Assembly: GCA_025558095.1 (NCBI GenBank)
Contig: JAIVFI010000031.1
Span: 372,001 to 436,000 of the forward strand
Direction: 5' to 3'
Length of the DNA stretch: 64,000 bases
Origin: Hyaloraphidium curvatum SAG 235-1
Lineage: Eukaryota > Fungi > Monoblepharomycota
The translations under genes were made by a program, and so were the position numbers. The notes under the pieces are model-generated. The model did not search any database. It was given only the letters and a program-made list of their open reading frames with translations, and was not told the origin of the DNA. This document shows positions 48,426-58,170 of the stretch, in pieces (positions within the stretch are counted from its first letter, which is position 1; each line of letters opens with the position of its first letter).

Positions 48426-48581
48426 CCAGCTACTCGATCAAGGATCCTCATCACTGTTTGACGACGATCGCCTCGCCGCCGTGCCCGAGTGCGGCACCCG
48501 CTTCCAGCTACTCGCTCAAGGATCCTCCTCGCCGTCCGACGACGATCGCCCCGCCGCCGTGCCCGAATGCGGCACCCTCTC
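48426..48581. repeat. Diverged 78-bp tandem duplication spanning a stop codon
   Basis: ccagctactcg(a/c)tcaaggatcctc...gtgcccga(g/a)tgcggcaccc starts at both 48426 and 48504. Confidence 0.9.
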
Positions 48582-49835
48582 CAAGAGACCCGCGTTCTCG
48601 TCCGACCTCCGCTCCGCATACAGCCCCGAGCTCGACGTCGGCAGCGGGATCGCCGGGCCCAGTGCGGCCGGCACGGGAGGCGCCGACGCCTCCGCAAGAC
48701 CCTCCTTGTACTTGGCGTAGGAGTAGAGGAGCGAGTCGATCATGAACACCCACGCGGCGAGGAAGTTGACGGGCTGGCAGTAGTCCTCGCCCAGCGAGCT
48801 GAACGGCGCGCAGAAGTACGAGTCCAGGGCGTACAGCGCCGATCCGACCGCAAAGAGGACGTCCCCCCAAAAGTCGGCGTCCCAGATGCGGACGGACGCG
48901 AGGCAGCCGCGCGGCGGGGCAGGATCCGACGCCGCGCCGGCCATGAGGTACACGGCCGAGTCCAGGAGGAAGGTGTGCGAGGCGGCGATGTCCACCCAAA
49001 AAAGCGTCCACGGGTCGACGGTCCTCGGCCAGGCGAACCAGACCACGAGGGCGTTCCAGGCGTAGAGGGCGCTGCCGAGGACAAAGAGGATGCCGCCGAG
49101 GAGGAAGCCCAGGTGGGGTTTCGTCCGGCGCGGACGGCGCTTCCCGTGTCCGTGGAGGTCCTCGGCCTCGGAAGGGTGCGCGTTGCCGGCTGGTCCAACG
49201 GGCTGGAAGTAGGCGACAAAGGAATCGAGCAGCCCGTTGAAGATGAAGAGGAGGGCGGCCACGACGTTGCCGTGCAGCACCAGGGCATTGCCAAAGTCCG
49301 TCACGGGCGAGCCGTTAACGGAGGCGCTTCCAATGACGACATACATGAAGGAGCCGAGAACAAAGAGTGTGTTAGAGTAAACGGAGAGCTGGGCGGTGGA
49401 GGCCTCGATTTCGTCAAAGTCCATGGCGGCGTGCACGGGTTCCGCCGACAGGAGCAGTGCGCTCTCTGCGAGGCGAGAGTCCGATTGTGCGGCAAAGAGC
49501 GCCGGCGAGGCCGCGCGCGAGATTTGCGAGGACGGGTACGGCGAGGGCAGCGGCGTCCACTCGGCGTCCAGCCGCGGCGAGGAGCGCTGGCCAGCCGGCG
49601 AGGATTCTGCGGTGCCCGGCGCTGGCTGTAGAGCGCCGCCGTCACGCCACAGCGGGGAATGCGCGGCGGGCGAGGGGTGCGCGGAGAGCGTGGGGTTCGC
49701 AGCGCCCAGCGGGGCGAGCGCGGCGCATTGCGGCGAGCGGCGGTCGACCTCCTCCAGTGTGGCGGTGTGCGACGCCGCTCTCAACTCCGCAGTGCCGCTG
49801 CCGGCCAACGCCGCGGACTCCGCCGGGGTCGACAC
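48516..49835 (-). CDS. Multi-pass membrane protein with repeated YrhK-like helical pairs
   Basis: Three similar units (NTLFVLGSFMYV / GILFVLGSALYA / DVLFAVGSALYA), each followed by a helix ending in FxxNG/DS; true start may be ATG 49424. Confidence 0.65.
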   Translation of the reverse strand: MSTPAESAALAGSGTAELRAASHTATLEEVDRRSPQCAALAPLGAANPTLSAHPSPAAHSPLWRDGGALQPAPGTAESSPAGQRSSPRLDAEWTPLPSPYPSSQISRAASPALFAAQSDSRLAESALLLSAEPVHAAMDFDEIEASTAQLSVYSNTLFVLGSFMYVVIGSASVNGSPVTDFGNALVLHGNVVAALLFIFNGLLDSFVAYFQPVGPAGNAHPSEAEDLHGHGKRRPRRTKPHLGFLLGGILFVLGSALYAWNALVVWFAWPRTVDPWTLFWVDIAASHTFLLDSAVYLMAGAASDPAPPRGCLASVRIWDADFWGDVLFAVGSALYALDSYFCAPFSSLGEDYCQPVNFLAAWVFMIDSLLYSYAKYKEGLAEASAPPVPAALGPAIPLPTSSSGLYAERRSDENAGLLERVPHSGTAAGRSSSDGEEDP

Positions 49836-49903
49836 TACGGTGACGGCGCGCGTGATCGACGCTTCTGCAAACAGTCACGCAGACGCCCCCGCCAGGCGCA
49901 GCG

Positions 49904-50459
49904 ATGCGGATCGGCCTGAGAAACGCGGCCGCGTCTCCGGCGCGCCTGTTTGGCCCGCGGAACCCGCGATGCGCCGCGGGTTTGGCGAGCACGCCGTCGG
50001 CCGGCGCCGCGCGGCCCCCCGCCGACTCGCCCGAGTCGCTCGTCAGCCGCGCGTACCTTCTCAGGCTGTTCCGCCACACGCTGCGCGAGGTCAACAGGCA
50101 GTTCACGAAGCCGAACGGCTCGCGCGCATGGCGGGACGAGCTCGTCAGGCAGTTCCGCGGCGCCCCGGCATCCAGCATCCTGGTGCCGGCGGACGCGGAG
50201 CTGCAGACGCGGACTTCGACGCCCAGGCAGATCGCAGAGCGGAATGCGGAGGACCTGCTGACTTTTTTGCGGTCCAACCGGACCCACCGGGAGATGATGG
50301 AGCTGTACTGGCCACTGGAGAAGATGACGGACGCGGAGCGCGTCGAGGCGAGCGCGAAGCGCGTGGGGTTGAACCTGCCGAAGATGTGGGTGTCTGGAAC
50401 GGGTGTCGCTCAAGCTTGGCTGATTCTTTTCCAGGTTCCGGGACATGGACGAGGACTAG
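49904..50459 (+). CDS. FMC1: LYR-family mitochondrial ATP synthase assembly factor
   Basis: Presequence; LFRHTLRE..FR..LTFLRSNRTHREMMELY...ERVEASAKRVGLNLP. Confidence 0.8.
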
Positions 50460-50529
50460 TGTTGAACTAGCGCTGTGGATCAGACACTCTTCGCCAAGTC
50501 GAAGAGGAAATAGATTGTCTCTGACGCAT

Positions 50530-51765
50530 CTAGATCTTCGCCTTGCCCTCCCGCCCCGTCTTCACTCCCATAGCCTTGACGTCCTGGTTCAACCGCTGAG
50601 CACCGCCCCCCGAGGTAAGGTAGCTTCCGCCATCAACAATAATCGCCTCGCCCGTGACGTAGCGCGCGGCGTCCGAGGCCAGGTACAGCCCGCTCAGCTC
50701 GATGTCCCTGATGGTGCCCATCGAGCGGAGCGGGATGTTCTGGATCATGGCGTCCTTCTGGGCCGGGGGGAGGAGGCGCGCGATGCCCTCGGTGTCGTCG
50801 ATAGGGCCGGGGGCGATGATGTTGGCGCGGATGCCGTAGCGCCCCCCTGCAAGCGGTCGAAATCAGCAAATGATCGCCATTGGCGCCCGTGCCACGTACA
50901 CTCGATCGCGAGGGTGCGGATCATGGCGTCGATCCCGGCCTTGGCGGCAACCGGGTGGACCTGCATCGCGGTGCCTGGCAAGCGGGAGGCATCAGCAAAC
51001 GGCCCGCGGGCCCGACGGCTCCACCGACCCTGGTAGTGCATCGTCGCCGAGATGGCGATGATGTTGGCGTTGCCCGACTTCTTCAGGTACGGGAACGCGG
51101 CCTTGCAGGTGTTCCAGGCGCCGAGGAGGTCGATGTCGATGACGGTCTTGAACGCCTTGTACGAGAGGTTCTCGGCCAGGGCGAGGAAGTTGCCTTTGGA
51201 CCCGGGATCAGCGGATCAACCCCCGCAGCCGGGCGCCGCAACCCACCCGCGGCGCCGACAATGACGATGTCGATCCCTCCGAACTTTTCCGCCGTGGTCT
51301 TCATCGCCGCCTCGATGTCCTCGGGATTCCTCACGTCACCCGCGATGGCGAGCACCTGCGCCCCGGGGATGTCGCGCCGCATCTCGTCGGCGGCGGCATC
51401 GAGCTTCGACTGGGTGCGGGAGAAGATGGTGCACTTGGCGCCGTGCCTGGAAAGAGGGAATGATGGGGAAAGGGAGGGCGTCGGTGGCCGGACGGAGGAC
51501 GTTGGAGACGAGCTTGATCACCTCAAATATGCCTCAGTCATCCCTGCAGGAGGGTTTGAGCCCCAACGTCGGGAGCATCGGACACGGCAAACGTACCCTT
51601 GCAGATGCCGGAGCCACCACCGGTGCTTTTGCGCGCGTGCAGGGGGTCAGGCAAGTCCGGGAACCGGGACCGGTCCGGCGCTCACACAAAGGCGACCTTG
51701 CCCTTGAACAGGTCGGGCGAGAAGACGCTGGTCGTCGGCGGAGCAACTTTCAGGCCGCCGGACAT
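50530..51765 (-). CDS. SPS19: Peroxisomal 2,4-dienoyl-CoA reductase (SDR), PTS1-like AKI
   Basis: VFSPDLFKGKVAF, GAAGNFLA, AFKTVIDIDLLGTWN, AAKAGIDAMIRTLAIE, NIIAPGPIDDTEG, YVTGEAIIVDGG. Confidence 0.88.
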
Positions 51766-51784
51766 CTCGACGGGTCTTTGCGGG

Positions 51785-52080
51785 GGAGTAGGACGGGGGC
51801 CTGTTCGAAACGTCTGGGATGCGATCGGGCCGGCGGCAAGTTTGTCGCGCGTTTACCCGGCCGCAACACAACACAGGCCATTTGTCCTTTCTCCGGCCGA
51901 AACGGCGGAGCACATGTCATTTCTCGGCCGTCTTTGCCGCCAGCAGGGCGGAAACGCGATCTTCCCACGATCCGTTGACGCTGCGGTAGGGCCGTCCTGG
52001 TTCCGAAGGTCAGCTCCGACGCCCCCAAGATCCCGCAACCCCAGTCCACCTGTAGGAAGGATCTTTGTCCAACACCATCC
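51785..52080. repeat. Direct repeat copy A (duplicate of SDR last intron/exon plus spacer)
   Basis: Aligns by eye to 54075-54380; shared blocks ctccggccgaaacggc, ctttgccgccagcagggcggaaa, gcgatcttcccacga, ccgttgacg, gcggtagggcc. Confidence 0.92.
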
Positions 52081-52197
52081 TTCGTCAACTTGTTTTGAAG
52101 AGGAGAAGATTCGCGGCTACATTCATTGCGCCGTGCTTAATACCGCTCAATACCAAGACAAAAAGATCTCACATACAGCGTCCCAAATCATCGCAAC

Positions 52198-54027
52198 TTA
52201 CATCCTACCAATCTCCTCCGCCACTTCGATGAACGCCGGCCTGTCCGCAGCCTCTTGCGCCCACATCCTCTGCATCAGCCCCCACATTGCGTTGCTCACA
52301 CGGTTTGGCCGGGTTGGCCTCTTCTGCTCATTGCACACCTTTTGCATAATCTGCCAACCAATTAACCCCAGCAACGGTATGCGCGTGGGCAGCATGACCT
52401 ACCGCTATCATCATCATCCCCTGAAATGGATACTCTCCTTCGCTCGTCACCTCGAAGGATACCATGGCAAATGCATATCCATCAGCCGGGGCCTTGAGCT
52501 TCTGGCCATCCCAGAGCTCGGGGGCCATAAAACCCGGGGTGCCAGCGGGGGTGCCGGGGTTGATGCTGGATGAACTGGAAAGATGCGTGCGAATCCTGGA
52601 GAGGCCAAAGTCGGCAATCTTCGGGACATCGTGGTCTACAGGGTGGGTATCGACATTTGAGCTGAAGGCAGATGTGCAGGCAGTGCTTGACCAACCAATC
52701 ATGATGTTGAGTGACTTGAGGTCCCCATGGAGCATGCTGAAGGAGTGCAGGTAGGCCATGCCCTCTGCCACACCCCTGAGGTACTTGAGCCCCATTGCTT
52801 GGTCCCAATCTAGGTCCTCGAGACGGTCTCTAAGATTGCCTCCTGTGCAGTACTCAGAAACCATGAGCGGTGGGTCCTCGCAGAAAGCCAGCAGCGGAAG
52901 AACTGCAAGGGGGATTAAAGTCAATGTGCGCTCCACGGCAGTGACCTCAAAGACCCAACCGTTCCGCTGGGTTAGGCCCTCCCAGACCGCAATTTCGTCC
53001 TTGAACATCTTCATGGTCTTGGGCCCCACAGGGCCCTTGATAGTCTTGACCGCCACCACCGTGGCCCCCCGGAGCTTGCCACGATAGACCTTACCAAACC
53101 CGCCTTCACCAAGCCAGTCTTTCTCCTCGTACTTGACGTCCTTTGCGGTGATGCGCAGCTTGGAAACGAACGCTGAGTCGGAACCCGGGGTCTTGGCAGA
53201 TCCGTGCCCCGAAGACAAGGAGCCAGGAACACTGGGGATCAAAGTGATCTCGGAGACTGGCGTTCTTGCCCCCCCGCCCGGGAGAGGCAATGCTGCAATC
53301 TTCTCCTTGAGCGCGAGCTCCCGCTCCCGGATCTCTAGCTCCTTCATCTTGATCTCAAGCTCGCGTTGCTTGGCCCCGTCTGCAGCTGCCTTGTCCCGCA
53401 CATCCTCGTTGCGATGGTTAGCCCTATGCTGCTCAGCTTCCAGCCGGCGGCCTCCGGGCTGCGGGTTCTCCTGTCGTCTCTGCCCGTTGCCCTCCGCAAT
53501 CTTGGCCTCGATGAGCCGCTTTTCGTTGGGTTTCGCAAAATCGGCGGCCGATTTCCCTCCTTTATTTCGGGCAGTGATGTCCAATCGTTCACAATGTTCC
53601 AGAAGAAGCCTGACGGTTGCATCCCTTCCCGGAGTGACCCTCAGTTTGCAAGCTGTGATCAAGCCCGTGTTCCCGTTACTATCTTTGGCATTTACATCGA
53701 CCCTTGGGTCCGTCAGCAGTAGTTGAACGACGTCTGTATAGGCGTAGAAGCAGGCCACAATGAAACCCGTGCGGCCGAAGCTGTCGCGTTCACATCAACA
53801 CGTGGGTCCGCCAGCAGCACCCGAACGACTTGAAGTCGCCCAGCATAGCATGCATTGTGGAGCCCCGTGCCGCCGCCGTACAAGCCGGCGTACAAGCCGT
53901 CCGGAAGTTCCGCGTTGACGTTGAACTCCGGATCGGCCAACAGTGTCCGCACTCTGGCCACATTCCCCTCTTGGCACGCGTCCCGGAACGCCTTCTCCTT
54001 CTCCTTCGAAGCGCTCGAGATGCTCAT
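52198..54027 (-). pseudogene. Ankyrin-repeat + coiled-coil + TKL protein kinase with a frameshift at ~53785
   Basis: Ankyrin repeats (LLADPRVDVNA); kinase motifs GEGGFGKV, VAVK, HGDLKSLN, DFG, APE intact; frame switches inside DVNA/DSFGRTG with no room for an intron (real lesion or sequence error). Confidence 0.75.
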
Positions 54028-54074
54028 CGCGCTCGCCTCCTCGCACTCCCGACGTGCCGCCAGAGGGAGTATGC

Positions 54075-54380
54075 GGAGTGGGACGGCGCGGTTCGAAAAG
54101 TCTGGGATCGCGGTCGGCCGGCGCAATTTATTAGAACGTCGAGACAGGTCGTTGTCCTCTCCGGCCGAAACGGCCTAGCACACGTCACTTCTCGGTGGCC
54201 TTTGCCGCCAGCAGGGCGGAAAAGCGATCTTCCCACGACCCGTTGACGCCGCGGTAGGGCCATCCTGGTTTGGTGCGCAAGGTCAGATCGGAACGCCTCC
54301 CGAGATCCCGCACCCCAAACATCCGACGATGCCGAGCAACGAACGTACCTGCGGGAAGTATCTTGGTCCATCCACCGTCG
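54075..54380. repeat. Direct repeat copy B
   Basis: Counterpart of 51785-52080; contains the functional SDR 3' end. Confidence 0.92.
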
Positions 54381-55268
54381 ACAACGATACCCTCGCCGTT
54401 GATGAAGCCGCTCGCTGGCGTGCAGAGCCAATAAATCACTTGGGCGATGTCCTCGGCCGTTCCCGCGCGTTTCGCCGGGGTGTCGGCGCCCATGACGTGG
54501 AACAGATCTTGGATTTGAGACGTCATCGGGGTGAGGATCAGCCCAGGGCAGATCGCGTTCACGGTTATCCCGAGGGGCCCGAGCTCCGCACACGCAGCCT
54601 TGGTCACGCCGAGGACGGCGTGCTTCGAGGCGTCGTAGCCGTACGAGCCCGTGGTGAAAAGCCCGGCGACGCTGGCAATGTTCACGATCCTCGAAGTGCC
54701 GTCCGCCGGGGGTCCGACGCCGTCCGGCCGCACGGAGGCGCTCTTGGCAAGGTACGGGGCGCAGGTGGCCATGAACCGCACCGTTCCAACCAGATTGACG
54801 TCGACCACGTCCGCGACGTTCTTCGAAACGACCGCAGGGTCCGGCGCCATCAGGGTGTTGGGACCAGGCCCTCCAGTGACGCCGGCACAGTTTATGAGGA
54901 AGTCGATGGCCCCAAAGGCTTCTGCGACTGCGTCCGTAGTTTTCTGGACCGCCTCCATGTCTCGCACGTCGCAACGGAAGCCCTTCGCCGTGCCTTCTCC
55001 GTGGCACTCATTGATCTCGGCGACGACCTCGTCCACGTTCGAACCGAGGTCCACGACGGCGATTTTGCAGCCGTGGTCCGACAGAACATGGCATGTGCTC
55101 CTCCCAATGCCGCTAGCACCACCGGTAACCAAGGCAACGCGTCCTGGAAGGGCAGGTGAGAGATGGGCGCCCGGGGACGGCGGGAGGCATCTCACCCTCG
55201 ATGGAGTATGAACGCGTCGAAAGACGGCGGCGAGCGGGCGCCGAAGCTCGGACAGGCGGCTCCGACAT
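54185..55268 (-). CDS. Classical short-chain dehydrogenase/reductase (3 exons)
   Basis: TGGASGIG, NCAG, NIASVAG, YDASKH, NAICPG, VDGG; probable in-frame last intron 54265-54348. Confidence 0.9.
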
Positions 55269-55390
55269 CGCAACTGATCGAGGATTGTACGGAGAAAATG
55301 GAAAAGGACAGTGGTGTTCCGGCCGAGGACGCTGTGGCGAAGACGATGACCCGCCCTTGATCTGACATCCGCCGGTGTATTCTAATTCTG

Positions 55391-57967
55391 TCAGTTCTTC
55401 TTCTGCACTTCCTTCACGTAGTTCAGGGCCGATCCGTGCTCGAACCACCGGATCTGATCGTCGCTCATGGTGTGGACGCAGTCGATCTTGTGCGTCGAGC
55501 CGTCGCCGTTCTTGACCAGCAGGACCACCTTGGAGCCCGGTGCCAGGGAGCTCAGGCCAACGGTGGTGATCATGGCATCCTCGCCGATCAGGTCGTACGA
55601 TGCCGGGTCGGCAAAGACGAGGGGAAGGATGCCCTGCTTCTTCAGGTTGGTCTCGTGGATGCGGGCAAACGATCGCGAGACGATCAGGCGGCATCCGAGG
55701 TAGCGAGGCTGCATTGCGGCTGGAGGACAGGTGAGCTGACGTGCAATCGGGCAGGCTCGTGCAGATGCTCACCGTGCTCGCGCGCGGAACCCTCGCCGTA
55801 GTTGTGGTCAGCAATGACGATCCATCCGACGTTCTTGGCCTTGTAGTCCTTGGCCACGTTGGGAATGGTGTCCTCCTTGCCCGTGGCGAGGTTCTTGACC
55901 GTGTTGACCTTGCCGTTGAAGGCGTTGGTCGCTCCGATCAGGGTGTTTTCGGCGATGTTCTGGAGGTGGCCCTTGTAGCGCAGCCACTTGCCGGCCGCAG
56001 AGATGTGGTCGGTCGTGCACTTGCCCTTGGCCTTGACCAGGACGCGGAGGTCCTTCAGCTCCTGGCCGTTCCAGGGGGAGAAGGGCTCGAGGAGCTGGAG
56101 GCGCGTGGACTTCGGGTTCACGGTGATGTCGCGGGCCTGGTTGGGCTTGGGGTAGGCAGGAGGCGGGGAGTAGGTCTGGCGACCACGTTCAAAGCCAGAC
56201 GAGGGGAGATCGTCGCCCTTTGGCGGCTCGAACATCCAGGACTTGCCCGTGACGGGGTCCACCATGCTGTCGGTCATGGGGTTGAAGGTCAGCTTGCCCG
56301 AGAACGCGACGGCCGTCACGATCTCCGGCGAAGCCAAAAAGTTCATGGTGCCCGCGAAACCGTCGTTGCGGGCACGGAAGTTGCGGTTGAAGCTGGTGAG
56401 GATCACGTTCTCCTCGTCCTTCTGCATGTCCGTCCGCTTCCACTGCCCAATGCAGGGCCCGCACGCGTTGGCGAGGACCAGACCGCCGGCCTTGGCCAGC
56501 ACCTCGGACTGGCCATCGCGTTCGATGGTGGCGCGGATCTGCTCCGAGCCGGGAGTGATGAAAAGGGAGGCGGCGAGAGGGGTGTTGTTGCTCAGGGCCT
56601 GCTGCGCAATGGAGGCAGCCCGGGACATGTCCTGGTAGGAAGAGTTGGTGCAGCTGCCGATCAGGCACGCCTTGACCTCGTCCTTCCAGCCCTTTTCCGC
56701 CACGAGTTTCTTGACCTGGCTCAGGGGGGTGGCGGCGTCGGGGGTGAAGGGGCCGTTGATCATGGGCTCGAGCTCGGAAAGGTTGATCTCGACGACCTTG
56801 TCAAACTCCTTTTCCGAGCCGTCGTCGCGCTTCAGAAGACCCTGGGCCAGCGCGGCGTCGGCAGCCTCGGCCACATGCGGCCGCCTCGTGGCGTGGAGGT
56901 AGGCCGCCATACGCGGCGAGTAGGGGAACAGGGAAGTCGTGGCGCCGACCTCGGCGCCCATGTTGCAAATGGTGGCCATGCCGGTAGCCGACAGCGTCGC
57001 GGCTCCGGGCCCAAAGTACTCGATGATGTGGCCGGTTCCGCCCGCCACGGTGAGGAGCCCAGCCAGCTTCAGGATCACGTCCTTGGGCGAGGTCCAGCCA
57101 TTCAGCTCCCCGGTGAGGTGGACCCCAAGGACCTTTGGGGCCTTGAGCTCCCACGGAATCGCCGACATGGCGTCAACGGCGTCGGCACCGCCGACACCGA
57201 TGGCGCAGGTCCCGAGGCCGCCGGCGTTCGGAGTGTGCGAGTCCGTGCCGAGCATCAGCAGCCCGGGGGCGGCGTAGTTCTCGAGCACAATCTGGTGGAT
57301 GATACCTGGAACATGAAATTAGTAGCCGTCGGCGTCACGGCGGTCGGCCAACCCACCGCTTCCCGGCTTCCAGAACCCAATGCCGTACTTCTCCCCGCAT
57401 GCCTCGAGGAACTCGTATATCTCCTTCTCGCTCTGGACGCTGCGCGCCACGTCCCTGTCTCCCCCCTCGAAGGCCTCAATCAGGTGGTCGCAGTGGATCG
57501 AGGATGGCACGGCCGTGGTCGGCATGCCCGTGAGCATGAACTGTAGGAGGGCCATCTGAGCGGAAGCATCCTGCATGGCCACCCGATCTGCGACAACAAA
57601 GCCAAGGAGATGGGAATGAGGAATGGCGTGGAATGGAGGCCAATTTGGCCTCACCAGGAGAGAGCTTCAGGTACGAGACGCCGCGCTCCGGCGGCGGGCC
57701 GTTCGGATCCGTCAGGTGGCTGTAGACGATCTTTTCCGCGAGGGTCAGGGGTCGTCCGAGCTTCTTCTTCACGATCTCAAGGTTGGCAATGAGCTGCAAG
57801 GAGCGGGTGAGATGCTGCCGGCGGGAAGGAAAGGCGGCCCGAACCTTGCCGTACGGCGGCACAAGATTCTGGGGGTAGACCGCCGGGTCGAAGGAGGTGG
57901 CGAAGCCGCGGTCGAGCCGTGCTCGCCGGAGAGCTCGGAGCGCCGGCCGGCCCACCACGGACGCCAT
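55391..57967 (-). CDS. ACO2: Mitochondrial aconitase-family protein, Aco2/homocitrate dehydratase type
   Basis: [66 protein letters not shown]; these variants fit the Aco2 rather than the Aco1 clade. Confidence 0.85.
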
Positions 57968-58170
57968 GGTCGAGCTCGGGATGGACGTGACGGCGCGTAA
58001 ATAAAGCGACGCGGCCGGCGGCCGGCGGCCCAGTCGGACCGTCGAAGCTCCCTTCAAGCGTCGTTCCACCATGACCTAAATGATGGCATCTTACATGTCC
58101 AAGCAATGTTCCTGCTATGCCATGAGCTAGAGAGGATGTGCACGGGCCCGCAGAGCCCCGACAAGATTCC

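Noticed and set aside
49396-51036. 546-aa plus-strand ORF
   Set aside because: Overlaps FMC1 in another frame and two antisense genes; Arg/Ala/Pro-rich junk translation.
51785-54380. Direct repeats considered as retrotransposon LTRs
   Set aside because: No TG...CA termini, primer-binding site, gag or pol; the repeats derive from host gene sequence.
50530-55268. SPS19 and SDR as a tandem paralog pair explaining the direct repeats
   Set aside because: The two SDRs belong to different subfamilies, and repeat copy A lies upstream of SPS19 and matches only the other SDR's 3' end.
55741-57546. 601-aa plus-strand ORF
   Set aside because: Antisense to the aconitase; a product of GC3 codon bias.
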